A DNA stretch of 64,000 bases from a virus, in the IMG/VR virus record IMGVR_UViG_3300025450_000020, positions 18,186 to 82,185 of that record; one strand, 5' to 3'. A program made the position numbers and the translations under genes. The notes under the pieces were generated by a model. It was given only the letters and a program-made list of their open reading frames with translations, was not told the origin of the DNA and searched no databases. Shown in pieces: positions 28,901 to 39,564 of the stretch. Every line of letters starts with the position of its first letter. The stretch's first letter is position 1.

Positions 28901-31318
28901 GTAGCAAAAGGATTATCTGCAGGACAAGCAACAGCAGAAATTGCAAGCCCATCTGGTTTGTTTAGAAGAATGTTGGGATTGCCTCTTGCACAAGGGGCAG
29001 CACAAGGAGTTATTGAAGGCACACCAGAGTTAGAAGCAGCAGTAACACAATCTGTTGAAGCTGCAGTTACAACTGGAGAAGAAGTTGCAACCAAATCTGG
29101 AGGAGTTTTAGGCAGGGCTAGAAACTTTATGTCTGGCAATGCCATGGGTGGCGGAGTTGCTGGAGGTATGGGTGCAGGAATGACTGCAATGATGATGGGC
29201 CAGATGGCTTCCCCATTGTTAAAAAAGATTCCAGGTGTTGGTGGAGCAGCTTCAGCAGGCGTTGGCGATGCGTCAAGTGCATTCGGTTTAGCAATGATGG
29301 TTCCAGGTCTTCAAGAACTTGCACCAGCAATCGCTGGCGTGGCGGGAGCCTTGGGAATAGCTAAATCTGGAATAGATTCATTGATGGCATCAGAAAAACA
29401 ACATCAAGCTGAAGCCACATCTTCATTTACTGCAAGTTCAGATGCAATTACAATGTTTGGCAGTGCAGTAAATAATTCATCTACTAATATAATAGCTTTT
29501 ACAAATGGAGTAAAAGAAACTGCTCCAGAGTTAACAGCTTTACAACAAAATGTTCAAGCTATAAGTAAACTTGCAAAAGATAATCCATTTAAATTGATGA
29601 CTGAAGATATTAAAGGTTTAAATACGCCTTCATCAATAATTGGAACATTAAAGCAATTTGCAGCAACACAAGTGATGAACGGGCTAGACCCTTCTAAAGT
29701 TAAAGATATGGTTACAGCTATATTGTCATATACTGGTCAGACACAATATCTTAATGCCGCCCTTAAAGAAATTGTTCCTTCTACAGAAAGTGCAGCTGCA
29801 GCAACTCAAACTTGGTTTGATAAGATAAATAAAGGTGTTGGAATAATTGATTCTAATGCTACAAGCTTTTCTCAATTAAGTAAAATACAGCAACAGTATG
29901 CTCAAGGATTACTTCAAGTTGTAACAACTCAGGTTGAATCAGGTTCAACTGCACAACAAATTAAAAGTACTTATGATATTCTTACAAATAGCATTAAAGA
30001 TCAAGTAGGAGCTTATCAGTCTTTAATTTTAGCTGCAGAGCAAGCAGGACAGACGGGCTTAGCAACCAGTTTACAACTTTCTCAAGCTAATGGTCTATCA
30101 ATAGCACAAGCTACTACTTTGGCTCAAGTAACACAAGCAAGTGGTTCAAACGTACCTATGGACGCAAAGTCCTTAGCTGAAGCTTTATCAACAACTAACG
30201 GTATAACTGCTATTGCTCAAAAATATGAAGACAGTGTACATTCAACAGCTCAACAAGCATTAAATGTTCAAAAAACAGCAGTAGGACAAGCTCAAACATT
30301 GCAATCACTACAACAACAAAAAAAGGTTGTAGATGCACAACTTAAAGACGAAAAAGATAAAGAAGCTGCTATTAAAGCACAAAATCAATTTTTACTTTCA
30401 CAAACAGATATTGACAATCAAATTCGTACAGCAACAGCTTCAGGAAATTTCTTACAAGCTTCCCTACTTAGACAACAAAAAGCTTCAAATGCTTATGATT
30501 ATGCAACATCTCAAAACGTAAGTCCGCTTCAAGCAAAATCAGATGCTCTTGCACAAAAAATAGCAGACATGCAAGATGCTGCTGCAACAACACAAACTCA
30601 AGCAGCAGGTATACAGCTTAAAGCTGCACAAACTGCTGTTGATGCAAGCGCAAAAGGAACTGCAGGATATGCTGCTGCTGTACAAGCACTTGTTCCAATT
30701 CTTCAGGCAATTGCTCAAAAACTTGGTAATCCAAATGCTAAACAAGGTGATTACTCAAATCCTATTAATGCAACAAATTCAATACCAAAAACTACAGAAG
30801 GCGATGCATCATTTGATCCAAATTACAATGGCGGAAGATTAAGTCAAGAAGCAGTATTTAATTATGTAAATAAAAATAAATTAAAAAAGGGACAATATTT
30901 TACTTATAATAATCAAAAATATAGAGTTACATCAGGATATAATGACAATGCTGGAGGAGCAGCTATACATGTAAAAGCTGCAGGAGGTTTAATTTCTGGC
31001 CCAGGAACCTGGACGTCTGATTCAATACCCGCAATGCTTTCAAATGGAGAGTATATAACAAAGGCTGCATCAGTTGCTAAATATGGCGTAAGTTTTATGA
31101 ATTCAATTAATAATGGTTCTTACCGCCCATCAATTCCAAATATGGCGGGAGCTTCAAGTTTGGCTTTAGCCAATTCTGGAACAGTAGGCGGTTCAGTATA
31201 TAATATTACAGTGAACGCACAAACAAGTGCCAATACTGATGAAATAGTAAAGGCAGTAGTAAATAGCGTAAAGAGACTAGAAGGAATGTCTAGCTCAAAT
31301 AGAACTGTGAGGGTATAA
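25973..31318 (+). CDS. Tape measure protein
   Basis: 1781 aa, Ala/Gln-rich helical, TP901-type core, GG..SG..SD..PAML..GE motifs. Confidence 0.92.
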   Translation: MANIELNIVALGDFSSVNAQIKALQAQVALLQQGMAGVGVNSTLAKDLNNIANSFKQTMLSTGQFTASTVKMATETEKFGQALQKGSLGIGNYFNILTNRASSATSSVKALAVEQTKLQNSVIMSDPTKQGFYSVFTPTTINAVANATKIAANEQNIYNIAVEKGSQALINWGKNTQWAGRQLTVGMSMPLILFGQQAIASFDSVNKAITQLQKVYGEGLTPPSQNSINQISQQVLDLGRNMASTLGITQEFTVQVASSFAAMGKMGTDLTTATEQTVRLAKLGNLDQQTATSAVIALQNVYKLNTTQLSDAVNYFGAIQKQTSLSMNDLVSAESRVGPIIDQLGGSYKDTSVMLLAMKEAGVPAAQAANALKSAFGSIIAPTAAANKEFQSFGINLDSIKNAGGPVQMIQALQASLQNLSPLVREQLIEKLFGKYQFARISALIENFGKVGSQTANAIKVANASSQQIQNLANQELTQATSTPSAQWTKAMATIKADLYPVGQKLLEFGTKILQFGNGIAKLFQGLPGPVKAVMGALAIGVALSGPIIMLTGLFANFVGYVIKGIFNLKQLATGGKTLGQLLTPEMIAAQNASKLFGDGIASDVEEIDLLNTAIKQLTVSMQELIASMNQGAGISTLTEAVTALDSVATAEAGIPEAIRNIPFKAPGMATGGYVPGSGNSDTFPAMLTPGEAVIPKDKARKYGPFISAMIDGNLPGYAVGTQSTFGEATFVKPGSTSAPSEIAGLANYIIGPQLEAIRAIIEKLNLTLNPKQINDMLTADAAHINHATTPEGYKAWQLSNLTGATGAENKALEYMSGEGEARKNIRPQWQASTDKVMEAMLEGVNDPAVREQIKATAARVRVGSQPIDRFEGEFMNAVLADMMEKVKSGQIKASSATTNYLPVAKAISDARLNGDLPSYESLTYKANEPGILAAMTKSGKDAEMAAREAAAQYIAALKAGIQAGTVTVEEAVADLVAKGLSAGQATAEIASPSGLFRRMLGLPLAQGAAQGVIEGTPELEAAVTQSVEAAVTTGEEVATKSGGVLGRARNFMSGNAMGGGVAGGMGAGMTAMMMGQMASPLLKKIPGVGGAASAGVGDASSAFGLAMMVPGLQELAPAIAGVAGALGIAKSGIDSLMASEKQHQAEATSSFTASSDAITMFGSAVNNSSTNIIAFTNGVKETAPELTALQQNVQAISKLAKDNPFKLMTEDIKGLNTPSSIIGTLKQFAATQVMNGLDPSKVKDMVTAILSYTGQTQYLNAALKEIVPSTESAAAATQTWFDKINKGVGIIDSNATSFSQLSKIQQQYAQGLLQVVTTQVESGSTAQQIKSTYDILTNSIKDQVGAYQSLILAAEQAGQTGLATSLQLSQANGLSIAQATTLAQVTQASGSNVPMDAKSLAEALSTTNGITAIAQKYEDSVHSTAQQALNVQKTAVGQAQTLQSLQQQKKVVDAQLKDEKDKEAAIKAQNQFLLSQTDIDNQIRTATASGNFLQASLLRQQKASNAYDYATSQNVSPLQAKSDALAQKIADMQDAAATTQTQAAGIQLKAAQTAVDASAKGTAGYAAAVQALVPILQAIAQKLGNPNAKQGDYSNPINATNSIPKTTEGDASFDPNYNGGRLSQEAVFNYVNKNKLKKGQYFTYNNQKYRVTSGYNDNAGGAAIHVKAAGGLISGPGTWTSDSIPAMLSNGEYITKAASVAKYGVSFMNSINNGSYRPSIPNMAGASSLALANSGTVGGSVYNITVNAQTSANTDEIVKAVVNSVKRLEGMSSSNRTVRV

Positions 31319-31890
31319 TGAATTTTCCAATAGCGGCGGGAATCCAAGTATCCTTAGACTACAATGAATCTACAAATACGGGTACATGGTATAAGCTAAG
31401 CGACCATGGAAGAAACCCCATAGGCATTCAGTATGACCTAGTTCAACAACAGCAAAGAATGGCAAATGGAACAATGCGTCAATATGTTGTTGCAAGAAAG
31501 TTTAAGATTACCGCCGATTGGAAAGACTTGCCAACACTTGACTCAAATGTAGTTGACTACTCGGCAAGTCAGTATGGACCATTTGGTGCAGCATGGATAA
31601 GATCGTTTTATGAAAAGAATGCATTCTACCCTATTTGGGTTAAGCTAACTGTTGCACAAGATACAGGTTCTTTAAATTCAAATGCTTTGCTTCCAGATCC
31701 CGCCACATATCAAGACTCGCTTGGAGTAACTAATAGCGGATTGCCAGGAGACAATAATACAAGCGGCACCACAATATATAATGCTTTTATGACTACTTTT
31801 ACATATGATGTAACAAAAAGAATGAAGCCGTCAGGTTCAACACAAGGATACGATTACGTAAACGTTAAAATAGAATTTACGGAGATTTAA
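31318..31890 (+). CDS. Distal tail (Dit-like) protein
   Basis: Follows the tape measure; QRMANGTMRQYVVARK...W..LP...VKIEFTEI. Confidence 0.65.
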   Translation: MNFPIAAGIQVSLDYNESTNTGTWYKLSDHGRNPIGIQYDLVQQQQRMANGTMRQYVVARKFKITADWKDLPTLDSNVVDYSASQYGPFGAAWIRSFYEKNAFYPIWVKLTVAQDTGSLNSNALLPDPATYQDSLGVTNSGLPGDNNTSGTTIYNAFMTTFTYDVTKRMKPSGSTQGYDYVNVKIEFTEI

Positions 31891-34800
31891 TGCTATCCGT
31901 AACTACAGACATTCAGAATTATTTTAATTCAAATTCAATTCGTGTGCTCCCGCATGTATCTGGGGAATGGAACTATAATTTAATTTATTCTCCATATGCA
32001 ACATATTCGGGAACTGGTAAAGGCCCAACAACTGCAAAAATTATGAACCCAGCATCTTGGAATTTTGCAGGTAAGACGAGCGTAGTATCTTCAACAGCAG
32101 GCAAAGTTACAAGCACTTTTACAGGCAAGACAGCTCTAGAATTTTTAGTATCAACAACCACAAATGTAGCAGGAGCGCTGGATACAAGTGACACAACAAA
32201 TTTTAATGGTTCTGCAAGCATAAACATATCAACGGGTGGTTCTGTAAATAAATGCTATAAGATTGTATTCCTTGCAAGATCACTTGATAATAACAGAATT
32301 AATCTTATTGCACAAGGTTCAAGTGCGGGTACACAATTAAGCGGTACAGCATCAGTAGAACTTGACAACCTAGATTGGCAAAAAGTAGAGTTTAAAATAG
32401 GTCAAAAGCCAACTGATGGAAACTTTTCAAACTTTACATTGACCCTAGATATGGTTAACTCTACACTTAGTTCAACAGGAAACTGGGGGATACTTGTAGA
32501 TCAGATACAGATTTATGAAATTACATATTTTGATTATCTATACGGAAACTTATGGGATACAGATAGCGTGTTTCACTGGTTTAGACCAGGTGATAGCTTT
32601 GTAAGATCTGGAAATTCTTCATTGCCAGATTCGGCAGTAGCAAGAACTATTGCTGCAACTCCGTCAGGATGGAATAACTCTGCACCATGTAGTGCAATGG
32701 TTTACTCGCCAAGAGTACTTTTTTCAGCTGCACAAAACGCAATATATAAAAACGGAGTTTTAAGCCCATTCTCACAATATAAGTATTTTGTTTCAGAATT
32801 GCCAAATGGCTCAACTTCAATAGGAGCAACATATCAAGAGCTTCTTGCAACTAATAAGATTGTTTTAAAGTTTAACGTAAGTCAATCCATTCCAGACAAC
32901 ATTGTAGTAAATATTTCTAATAGCACTACTAATGTAACTACTGCAATAGCCGTACCCTCAAACTGGATTTCAAGCTCGGGTGTTTGCGTACTATATTGGA
33001 ACGGATCAACATGGTCAAACACCAAGTGGACCTGGTCTCCGAATACAACTTCTGGGATGCCATTTATAGGCCCTCAAGGAGAGATTCAGGTATATTCGGG
33101 CGGGAGTTTAGTAAATGGCTACCAATATATAGATAGTATCTCTGTAACCCAATTATCTTCAACCCCAGTAAATAACTATATAGGTCTAAAGACAAGCAAT
33201 CCAAGTGCATATAATGAACTTACTAGAATGCAGGTAATTGAAGTATCCCCTAGAATGGAGATTGATTTATCCTCGTTTGTTCTTGATTTTGATATAAAGA
33301 AAGAGCTAGATAACTCTGGTACCCCGCTTCCTATATCTTCAATGTCAGCAAATTCTGCTACGGTTTCTTTTTCTAACATACCGCTGATTGGCCCAAATAA
33401 CTATCCACTTTCAGTATTTTCTAATGATGCTAATTCATCACAATATATATCACCATTGCAAGGAATGATAGTTAAAAACATTAAGCTTTACTTAAACTAT
33501 TATTTGCCAGAAAAAAGCAATTATGTAATTCCTTCTGGTGTAGTTTACGTTGATAGCTGGGATAACACAGATATCAAGGTTGCAAAAGCAAACTGCTATG
33601 ACATTATAAAGTTCTTGCAAACATTACCTGTTGCTGACTATGTATCTCAATCTCAAAGCACAATTAATATCTTTACTAACTTAATGGATACCGCTGGGTT
33701 TACGGATTATGATTACGATAGCTTGCTTTCAGTTCTTTCAGATTCAAATCAGCAAGTTGTAACGAACTACTTTTTTGCTGATAATGCAAACAAAACTGTT
33801 TATCAAATACTTCAAGAAGCCTTCTTAGCTTTTCAGGTTGGTTGTTTTATTGATGAATATGGAATTATGAGGTTCTTAAACCTTAACCAAATTATTTCAA
33901 ATGATACACCATCAAAAAATGCTGATGGAACATCTCTTGCAATTGTTGATAAAGATGTAGTTATAGATACTTATAACGAAAACATTAAAACTAAAATTGG
34001 TAAAATATTAATGCGTTACCGTGCGCCACAAATTAAAAGAAGCATTGGGCTAGGATCTAGCACCACAACACCTACAAGCATTTTGCAGGTAGCGCCAGAC
34101 ATTATCTGGCAACAAGATTCCGAGGACCTGGTTCCATTTAACATTTTACAAAATGATATTTCAAGTGTTTCTCAAAATTATTATACAACACCACAAAGTT
34201 CTTTTGACAACTTGTTCCTTACAACCGTGCTGGGGCACAAAGGATATTGTGTCATTGAAGGCGAAGTAATCTCATATGGAGACATGGAAATTATTATTTC
34301 AGCAACTGACACAAATGGAGTAGTTGTAGCATCAGAAACAGTTTATGTAAAAGATCAAAATGACTTAACTGCAAAAATAGCTCAGTTTTCTAACCAGTAC
34401 GGGTTGGCAAATGTTACTTCAAATTACACGGGCAGATTTGTAAATGTTTCAAGAGGTTTGTTTGGTACAGTAGCAAAAACACATAAGATTATGACAAATG
34501 CCAATAAAGAATATTCTAACAAATTCTATACAAGAGCGCTTTCTCCAAACTCTTCTACCATATCAGTAACTTCAGATCCATCAGTTTCAACGGTTATCAA
34601 TGTTCCGACTTTGGGCGCAAATATTAAGACTATGGTTTTTGCAAATCAGCAAGATGCTGGATATTCAACATACTCTGCAAACTTTAGGTTGCCTCAATCA
34701 TCAACAGATATAAGCGGAGGAATCTTCTTTAACTGCTCTGGAAACACTTCGCTATCGGGCAATACATATTTTATTGAAGTAGCGTCTAGCCCTTCATCTA

Positions 34801-37800
34801 AAAATAATGCAGAAAGAACTTATAAATTATATTTTTATGAGTTGGATTCTTCGGGCAATAAAACATCTTTGTTGACTAAAACAAGCTTAGATGTCACTTC
34901 AGCTATTACAAACTATATGATTAATGAACCAGATGACTCTTTGTATCAAGGATATGTGGGGGGATTTGTAAATATAAAGTTTGTAAATACTCCAGGCAAA
35001 AGAGTTATTTATGTAAACAAAACAAGATTTATACTTGATCAACTAACATATACTGATCCTAAATCAAGTAAAACAACAATAACAAACCCAGGATACTTTA
35101 ACGCTGCCGTATCTTTATTAATGCCTTCAAGTTTTCAAAATACTAACTTTGGCTTCTTTACAAATACTACAAGTTCTTCAACTACAACGGTAGAGTTATC
35201 TACAGTTTATGCAACCGAAAGCCCAATTGATGATATTGTTGATTATTATTTTCAAACTAAAGATTTTCTTAATGCTATGGTTGCTGGTTACAATGTAACT
35301 GAAAAGAGCTTCTTTGCACAAGCAAGACCACAGATATTTGGAATTAACTTTTATGATGTACAACTAGCCTTAACACCATCCCTTGGAACAGATATATTTA
35401 AGGCAAACTATTTGTTTACATATTATCCTAACAACGATCAATCGCAACCTCCTATAACCTTAAATGTTCCAGACTATGCCCTTTCATATTCTAATGTTGC
35501 CTCAACAGGATTTAGAGCTAAGTTTGCTGTAGCCAACGCAAGCAATTACTCTGTGTATACAAAGACTGGGCCAGAATTAAAACAACTTGTAGATTCCGCC
35601 CTTCTGTTATCTTCAAGAGGTGTTACAGTTTTAACTCCACAATTAACAATTGAAAAAGTAATTAGTCCGCAAAATGTTAATGAAGTTGTAGAACTACAGT
35701 CAGACTGGATTCAATCTGCAGATGCAGCAGATAGCATATTAAAATTATTATCATATTCTGCAGATTCTTTTAGTAGAGATATTGTTATAAATGTGTTTGG
35801 CAAACCACTTATACAGGTAGGCGACGTTTTGACTTTGCATTACAATTTAAAAAACATTGGTAATCCAAATGACAGTCTTGCAGACATAACATTTTTTGTT
35901 CAAGGTGTGGAGCAAGCCTGGGCAAACGGAGGTATTACAACAACTCTAACATTGAATCAGATAACTTATAATGGAGTAACAAGACAGTCTTTGAAAAATT
36001 ATTATCCACAAACAAGCTATCTTGCACAACTTCCAAAGCCAGTTAAAGTCACTCCAACAACTGGCTCAGACTTAGGTGGAACAAACGTAACAATTACGGG
36101 AACAAACTTTCTTCCAAACTCTACAGTATATTTTGGTAAAAATGCAGCAACAAATGTTACATATGTAAATAGTACAACTATAACTGCTACAACTCCTGCC
36201 ACAACAATTCCAGGACCTACAACAATATCAGTTGTTGCAAACGGTGTCACGGGATCGTCTGGACCAATATTTACTTATACAGTTCCAGCACAACAAATAC
36301 AGACGGTATCAAATCTATCAGCTACGCTTGGCACGTACAACTCATCAATTTTTGCATATCCTCTAAACATAACTTGGAATGTAAGTAGCACGGCGGGAAG
36401 TCAGTATAACGCCTTTAATCTAGAAATAGATGGTCCAGTATCTAAATATACATATTCAAATGTTGGAGATACTATAAAGAGTCAGAATACCTATACAACA
36501 CCTGCCGCATTTTATTTTGGAGATCAATTAACTATTACGCTAACTCCTTTATATATTGATGGTAATGGAAATGTAAATAAGGGTACTGCTGCAACATATG
36601 TTTTAAATACAATACCTCAAAATATAGGACCTCAACAACCAGCGTTGGTTGCAGGGGATTTTACAGTAGCAGCAAGCCAAAATCAGTTCGGAAGCATACC
36701 ATTGGTAGATGTAACTATAGGTTATATATTAGGAGCTAATACTACTTATACTCATGGATATTTAACCAATCCATCAGGAGGAAGTGCAACTGTTGTTGCA
36801 ACAGGAAACGCAAATCAAATAACTTTCAGTGGTATATCCAGTAACCTGGGCAATGTTACATTTTATGTAACTGGTGTAGGTTCATCTTCTGAAAGTGCTG
36901 CAAGCTCAGAAACAATTAATGTAACAAGTGGCACATCAACATCAACAAATAACGGTTTGCTTGCACCAGTTATTACAAATTTAACCACAAACATTATTAA
37001 TGGTAAATCAGGAACTGTTTCAGTAGAAATACAACCCACTAGCGGATCAAAACCTTTGCAATATTCGTTAAACCATATTTCTGGAACTGTGGCTTCTTCA
37101 AGCAATTTGCCAGTAACTGATTTGTATCCAGTATCTCAACTAACCACATTACCTGATAATAATTTGCTAATAACAAGCTCTTTAATAACAAATTTGGTAG
37201 GGAGCACATATACATTTTATGTAGATGCAATTGATTCAACGGGCGCAGTATCTTCGTCAAGCAATAATTTAACAGTATCGGTACCTGCTACATCTATAAG
37301 TGCTACAGGTGTTTCAAACACTGGATACCTAGACTGGACAGTTTCTTCAAATATATTTGATAAAATAACTATAGTAGCATCAGCAGTTATTGGCAACACT
37401 ACGGTTAGCGATACATTAACGAAATCGGGAAACAACTGGGTTTCTACAGCTGGAACAGTAATATCAACAGATGGATCAAATTTTGCTTACCCAGCCTCTA
37501 GTTTGTTCAGTTCTAGCTCGTATGTATCATACACCGTAACGGGATACACTTCTGGAAAATCGGGCGGTACTTCAAGCGGTTATGGATATATGCCAGGAAC
37601 AGTATCTTCAAATACCGTACAAGCTGCACCAAATATATTTTATACATATAATGCAGGTACTACCCTATGGAGCTGGCAAAAAGATGCAATGGTAGGCGGT
37701 GCTACATTTGTAAACTATACTTGGAACCTGTATAGCTCTTATGCATTTGGTTCTAATCAACAACCTTATGGAACCGTTCTATATAGAAGTGGAACAGCTA

Positions 37801-37940
37801 CCCAGCAATCTAATGGGTCATATGCGGTACAGACTGGTTATAAGAATTATTTGCTGGTAGTTTATATGCAATATACAGATGCGGGTAGCTCAACAGTTAA
37901 AAATGGACCTTCATCCTATAGTTTCTCCTCATCTGTCTAA
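31890..37940 (+). CDS. Baseplate hub/central fibre protein with IPT/TIG and Ig/Fn3-like domains
   Basis: Hub motifs (CFIDEYGIMRF, GKPLIQVGDVL); IPT/TIG domain VTPTTGSDLGGTNVTITGTNF...VYFG...ITATTP; Ser/Thr-rich repeats. Confidence 0.75.
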   Translation: MLSVTTDIQNYFNSNSIRVLPHVSGEWNYNLIYSPYATYSGTGKGPTTAKIMNPASWNFAGKTSVVSSTAGKVTSTFTGKTALEFLVSTTTNVAGALDTSDTTNFNGSASINISTGGSVNKCYKIVFLARSLDNNRINLIAQGSSAGTQLSGTASVELDNLDWQKVEFKIGQKPTDGNFSNFTLTLDMVNSTLSSTGNWGILVDQIQIYEITYFDYLYGNLWDTDSVFHWFRPGDSFVRSGNSSLPDSAVARTIAATPSGWNNSAPCSAMVYSPRVLFSAAQNAIYKNGVLSPFSQYKYFVSELPNGSTSIGATYQELLATNKIVLKFNVSQSIPDNIVVNISNSTTNVTTAIAVPSNWISSSGVCVLYWNGSTWSNTKWTWSPNTTSGMPFIGPQGEIQVYSGGSLVNGYQYIDSISVTQLSSTPVNNYIGLKTSNPSAYNELTRMQVIEVSPRMEIDLSSFVLDFDIKKELDNSGTPLPISSMSANSATVSFSNIPLIGPNNYPLSVFSNDANSSQYISPLQGMIVKNIKLYLNYYLPEKSNYVIPSGVVYVDSWDNTDIKVAKANCYDIIKFLQTLPVADYVSQSQSTINIFTNLMDTAGFTDYDYDSLLSVLSDSNQQVVTNYFFADNANKTVYQILQEAFLAFQVGCFIDEYGIMRFLNLNQIISNDTPSKNADGTSLAIVDKDVVIDTYNENIKTKIGKILMRYRAPQIKRSIGLGSSTTTPTSILQVAPDIIWQQDSEDLVPFNILQNDISSVSQNYYTTPQSSFDNLFLTTVLGHKGYCVIEGEVISYGDMEIIISATDTNGVVVASETVYVKDQNDLTAKIAQFSNQYGLANVTSNYTGRFVNVSRGLFGTVAKTHKIMTNANKEYSNKFYTRALSPNSSTISVTSDPSVSTVINVPTLGANIKTMVFANQQDAGYSTYSANFRLPQSSTDISGGIFFNCSGNTSLSGNTYFIEVASSPSSKNNAERTYKLYFYELDSSGNKTSLLTKTSLDVTSAITNYMINEPDDSLYQGYVGGFVNIKFVNTPGKRVIYVNKTRFILDQLTYTDPKSSKTTITNPGYFNAAVSLLMPSSFQNTNFGFFTNTTSSSTTTVELSTVYATESPIDDIVDYYFQTKDFLNAMVAGYNVTEKSFFAQARPQIFGINFYDVQLALTPSLGTDIFKANYLFTYYPNNDQSQPPITLNVPDYALSYSNVASTGFRAKFAVANASNYSVYTKTGPELKQLVDSALLLSSRGVTVLTPQLTIEKVISPQNVNEVVELQSDWIQSADAADSILKLLSYSADSFSRDIVINVFGKPLIQVGDVLTLHYNLKNIGNPNDSLADITFFVQGVEQAWANGGITTTLTLNQITYNGVTRQSLKNYYPQTSYLAQLPKPVKVTPTTGSDLGGTNVTITGTNFLPNSTVYFGKNAATNVTYVNSTTITATTPATTIPGPTTISVVANGVTGSSGPIFTYTVPAQQIQTVSNLSATLGTYNSSIFAYPLNITWNVSSTAGSQYNAFNLEIDGPVSKYTYSNVGDTIKSQNTYTTPAAFYFGDQLTITLTPLYIDGNGNVNKGTAATYVLNTIPQNIGPQQPALVAGDFTVAASQNQFGSIPLVDVTIGYILGANTTYTHGYLTNPSGGSATVVATGNANQITFSGISSNLGNVTFYVTGVGSSSESAASSETINVTSGTSTSTNNGLLAPVITNLTTNIINGKSGTVSVEIQPTSGSKPLQYSLNHISGTVASSSNLPVTDLYPVSQLTTLPDNNLLITSSLITNLVGSTYTFYVDAIDSTGAVSSSSNNLTVSVPATSISATGVSNTGYLDWTVSSNIFDKITIVASAVIGNTTVSDTLTKSGNNWVSTAGTVISTDGSNFAYPASSLFSSSSYVSYTVTGYTSGKSGGTSSGYGYMPGTVSSNTVQAAPNIFYTYNAGTTLWSWQKDAMVGGATFVNYTWNLYSSYAFGSNQQPYGTVLYRSGTATQQSNGSYAVQTGYKNYLLVVYMQYTDAGSSTVKNGPSSYSFSSSV

Positions 37941-37969
37941 AATGATATAATTGGGTGTACTGGAGAAAA

Positions 37970-38668
37970 ATGACAAATCAACCAAAAAATAGTTATAATT
38001 ATGAATTAACCACTAAACAGCGTGGTAAGATTTATATCTCCAAAACTGATGATAGATGGAAAGACCCTAAGAAAAGGGCAATACTTTATGCATATTATGG
38101 AGCTGCCAATGTAATTCCAGTTGATCCCGCCACATTAACTCAGCTTGAAGGATCAGGCAGCACACTGGCAACATATGCACAAGAAAATTTTAGTCCACAA
38201 ATAGCTGTAACTGATTCTGTTATTTCAACAAACATACCAGGGCTTGGCGGGGGAGTAATAAATATTGATCCTCCAACAAATCTATCAGTGGTTAGTACTT
38301 CATTAAGTACAGGTTCAGACGGATCTGCATTGGTAAATATAAATGTTAGTTTTGATGGATCGCCAGGTTTTACATATGATGTAGTTGCAGTACCAGCCTC
38401 AGCCGCACTAGGCCCAGATACAGTAACAAACGTAAGCGCTACAACCTCTGGACTAACTTTTAATGTTAGTTGGACTGGTGTTTCAAATGCTTCAAATTAT
38501 GTCATTTCTGCATCATCAGGATTGTCAACTTATTATTCTGCAACCCCAGTCACTGGCACCTCGGGGACTGTAACGGTAGCAAGTCATGGATCGTATACAA
38601 TTAGTGTTACTCCATACAACTCTATAGGTATTGGAGGGGGAGCAGGATCAACAACTGCTACAATATAA
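37970..38668 (+). CDS. Minor tail protein with Fn3-like domain
   Basis: SD GGAGA before ATG 37970; VSWTGVSNASNY...YTISVTPYNSIG. Confidence 0.6.
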   Translation: MTNQPKNSYNYELTTKQRGKIYISKTDDRWKDPKKRAILYAYYGAANVIPVDPATLTQLEGSGSTLATYAQENFSPQIAVTDSVISTNIPGLGGGVINIDPPTNLSVVSTSLSTGSDGSALVNINVSFDGSPGFTYDVVAVPASAALGPDTVTNVSATTSGLTFNVSWTGVSNASNYVISASSGLSTYYSATPVTGTSGTVTVASHGSYTISVTPYNSIGIGGGAGSTTATI

Positions 38669-38680
38669 TATGGGGGTAAA

Positions 38681-39550
38681 ATGTTAAAAGGTACTTATGT
38701 ATTCAAGCAAGACGGTGTTGAGATAGGACGTTCTGAGAACGTAATTACAACAAACGGCAAAAACACCATAGTTCAATATTTGGCGGGAGCTGTAACAGAT
38801 TGGGCATCAGCTATTTCAGTAGGTGCTATATCAACAGCTACATCTGTATCAGATACAAATCTATACTATGAGATTGCAAGAACTCCAGTAACTTTAAAGT
38901 CTTATATTTATGGAACCCCAAATATTATTGTTGTAAAAGGCACTATTGATTCTACAGTTGCCGCAAATATTTATGAGATTGGCGTATACCCTTATAGCAC
39001 AAGTCAAGTATTTGGAAAGAGAGATCAGTTAATTATAGATGATTTTTCTAATATAGCTAACTGGTCAGGAACATATACGACAAACGCTTACGCTGCACAA
39101 AGTCCTATATCTCCTAGAAGCGGTTTGTACAATGTAAATCTTACATCGGGCAATGCAATTACCAACAGTAGCCTAGTTTTAGATTTTTCTACATATAGTA
39201 CTATTGATACGGTTGATTTGCTTGTAAATGTACCGAGCGGATCTTCAGGAACGCTAACACTAACTTTTACAGATGTTAATGGATTGACATCTACAATATC
39301 TTATCCATATAGTTCAACAGGATATCAAGTATTATCTCAAGTATTTCCTTCAAGTGTATTTAATTTATCTACAGTATCTACAGTTTCTTTATCATCAACC
39401 TCAAATATTACGGTTGATGCAATGCGAGTTTCAGTAAATGCAGAACTTTCAAATAGTGCGGCCCTGGTTAGCCGTTCAGTATTAAGTACGCCTATTGCAA
39501 AAATTGCAGGCACACCATTGGATATTGAATACTACGTTCAATTATCTTAA
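38681..39550 (+). CDS. Minor tail protein
   Basis: ENVITTNGK...IYEIGVY...LVSRSVL..PIAK pattern; synteny. Confidence 0.6.
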   Translation: MLKGTYVFKQDGVEIGRSENVITTNGKNTIVQYLAGAVTDWASAISVGAISTATSVSDTNLYYEIARTPVTLKSYIYGTPNIIVVKGTIDSTVAANIYEIGVYPYSTSQVFGKRDQLIIDDFSNIANWSGTYTTNAYAAQSPISPRSGLYNVNLTSGNAITNSSLVLDFSTYSTIDTVDLLVNVPSGSSGTLTLTFTDVNGLTSTISYPYSSTGYQVLSQVFPSSVFNLSTVSTVSLSSTSNITVDAMRVSVNAELSNSAALVSRSVLSTPIAKIAGTPLDIEYYVQLS

Positions 39551-39564
39551 AGGGAGGGAAGTAA

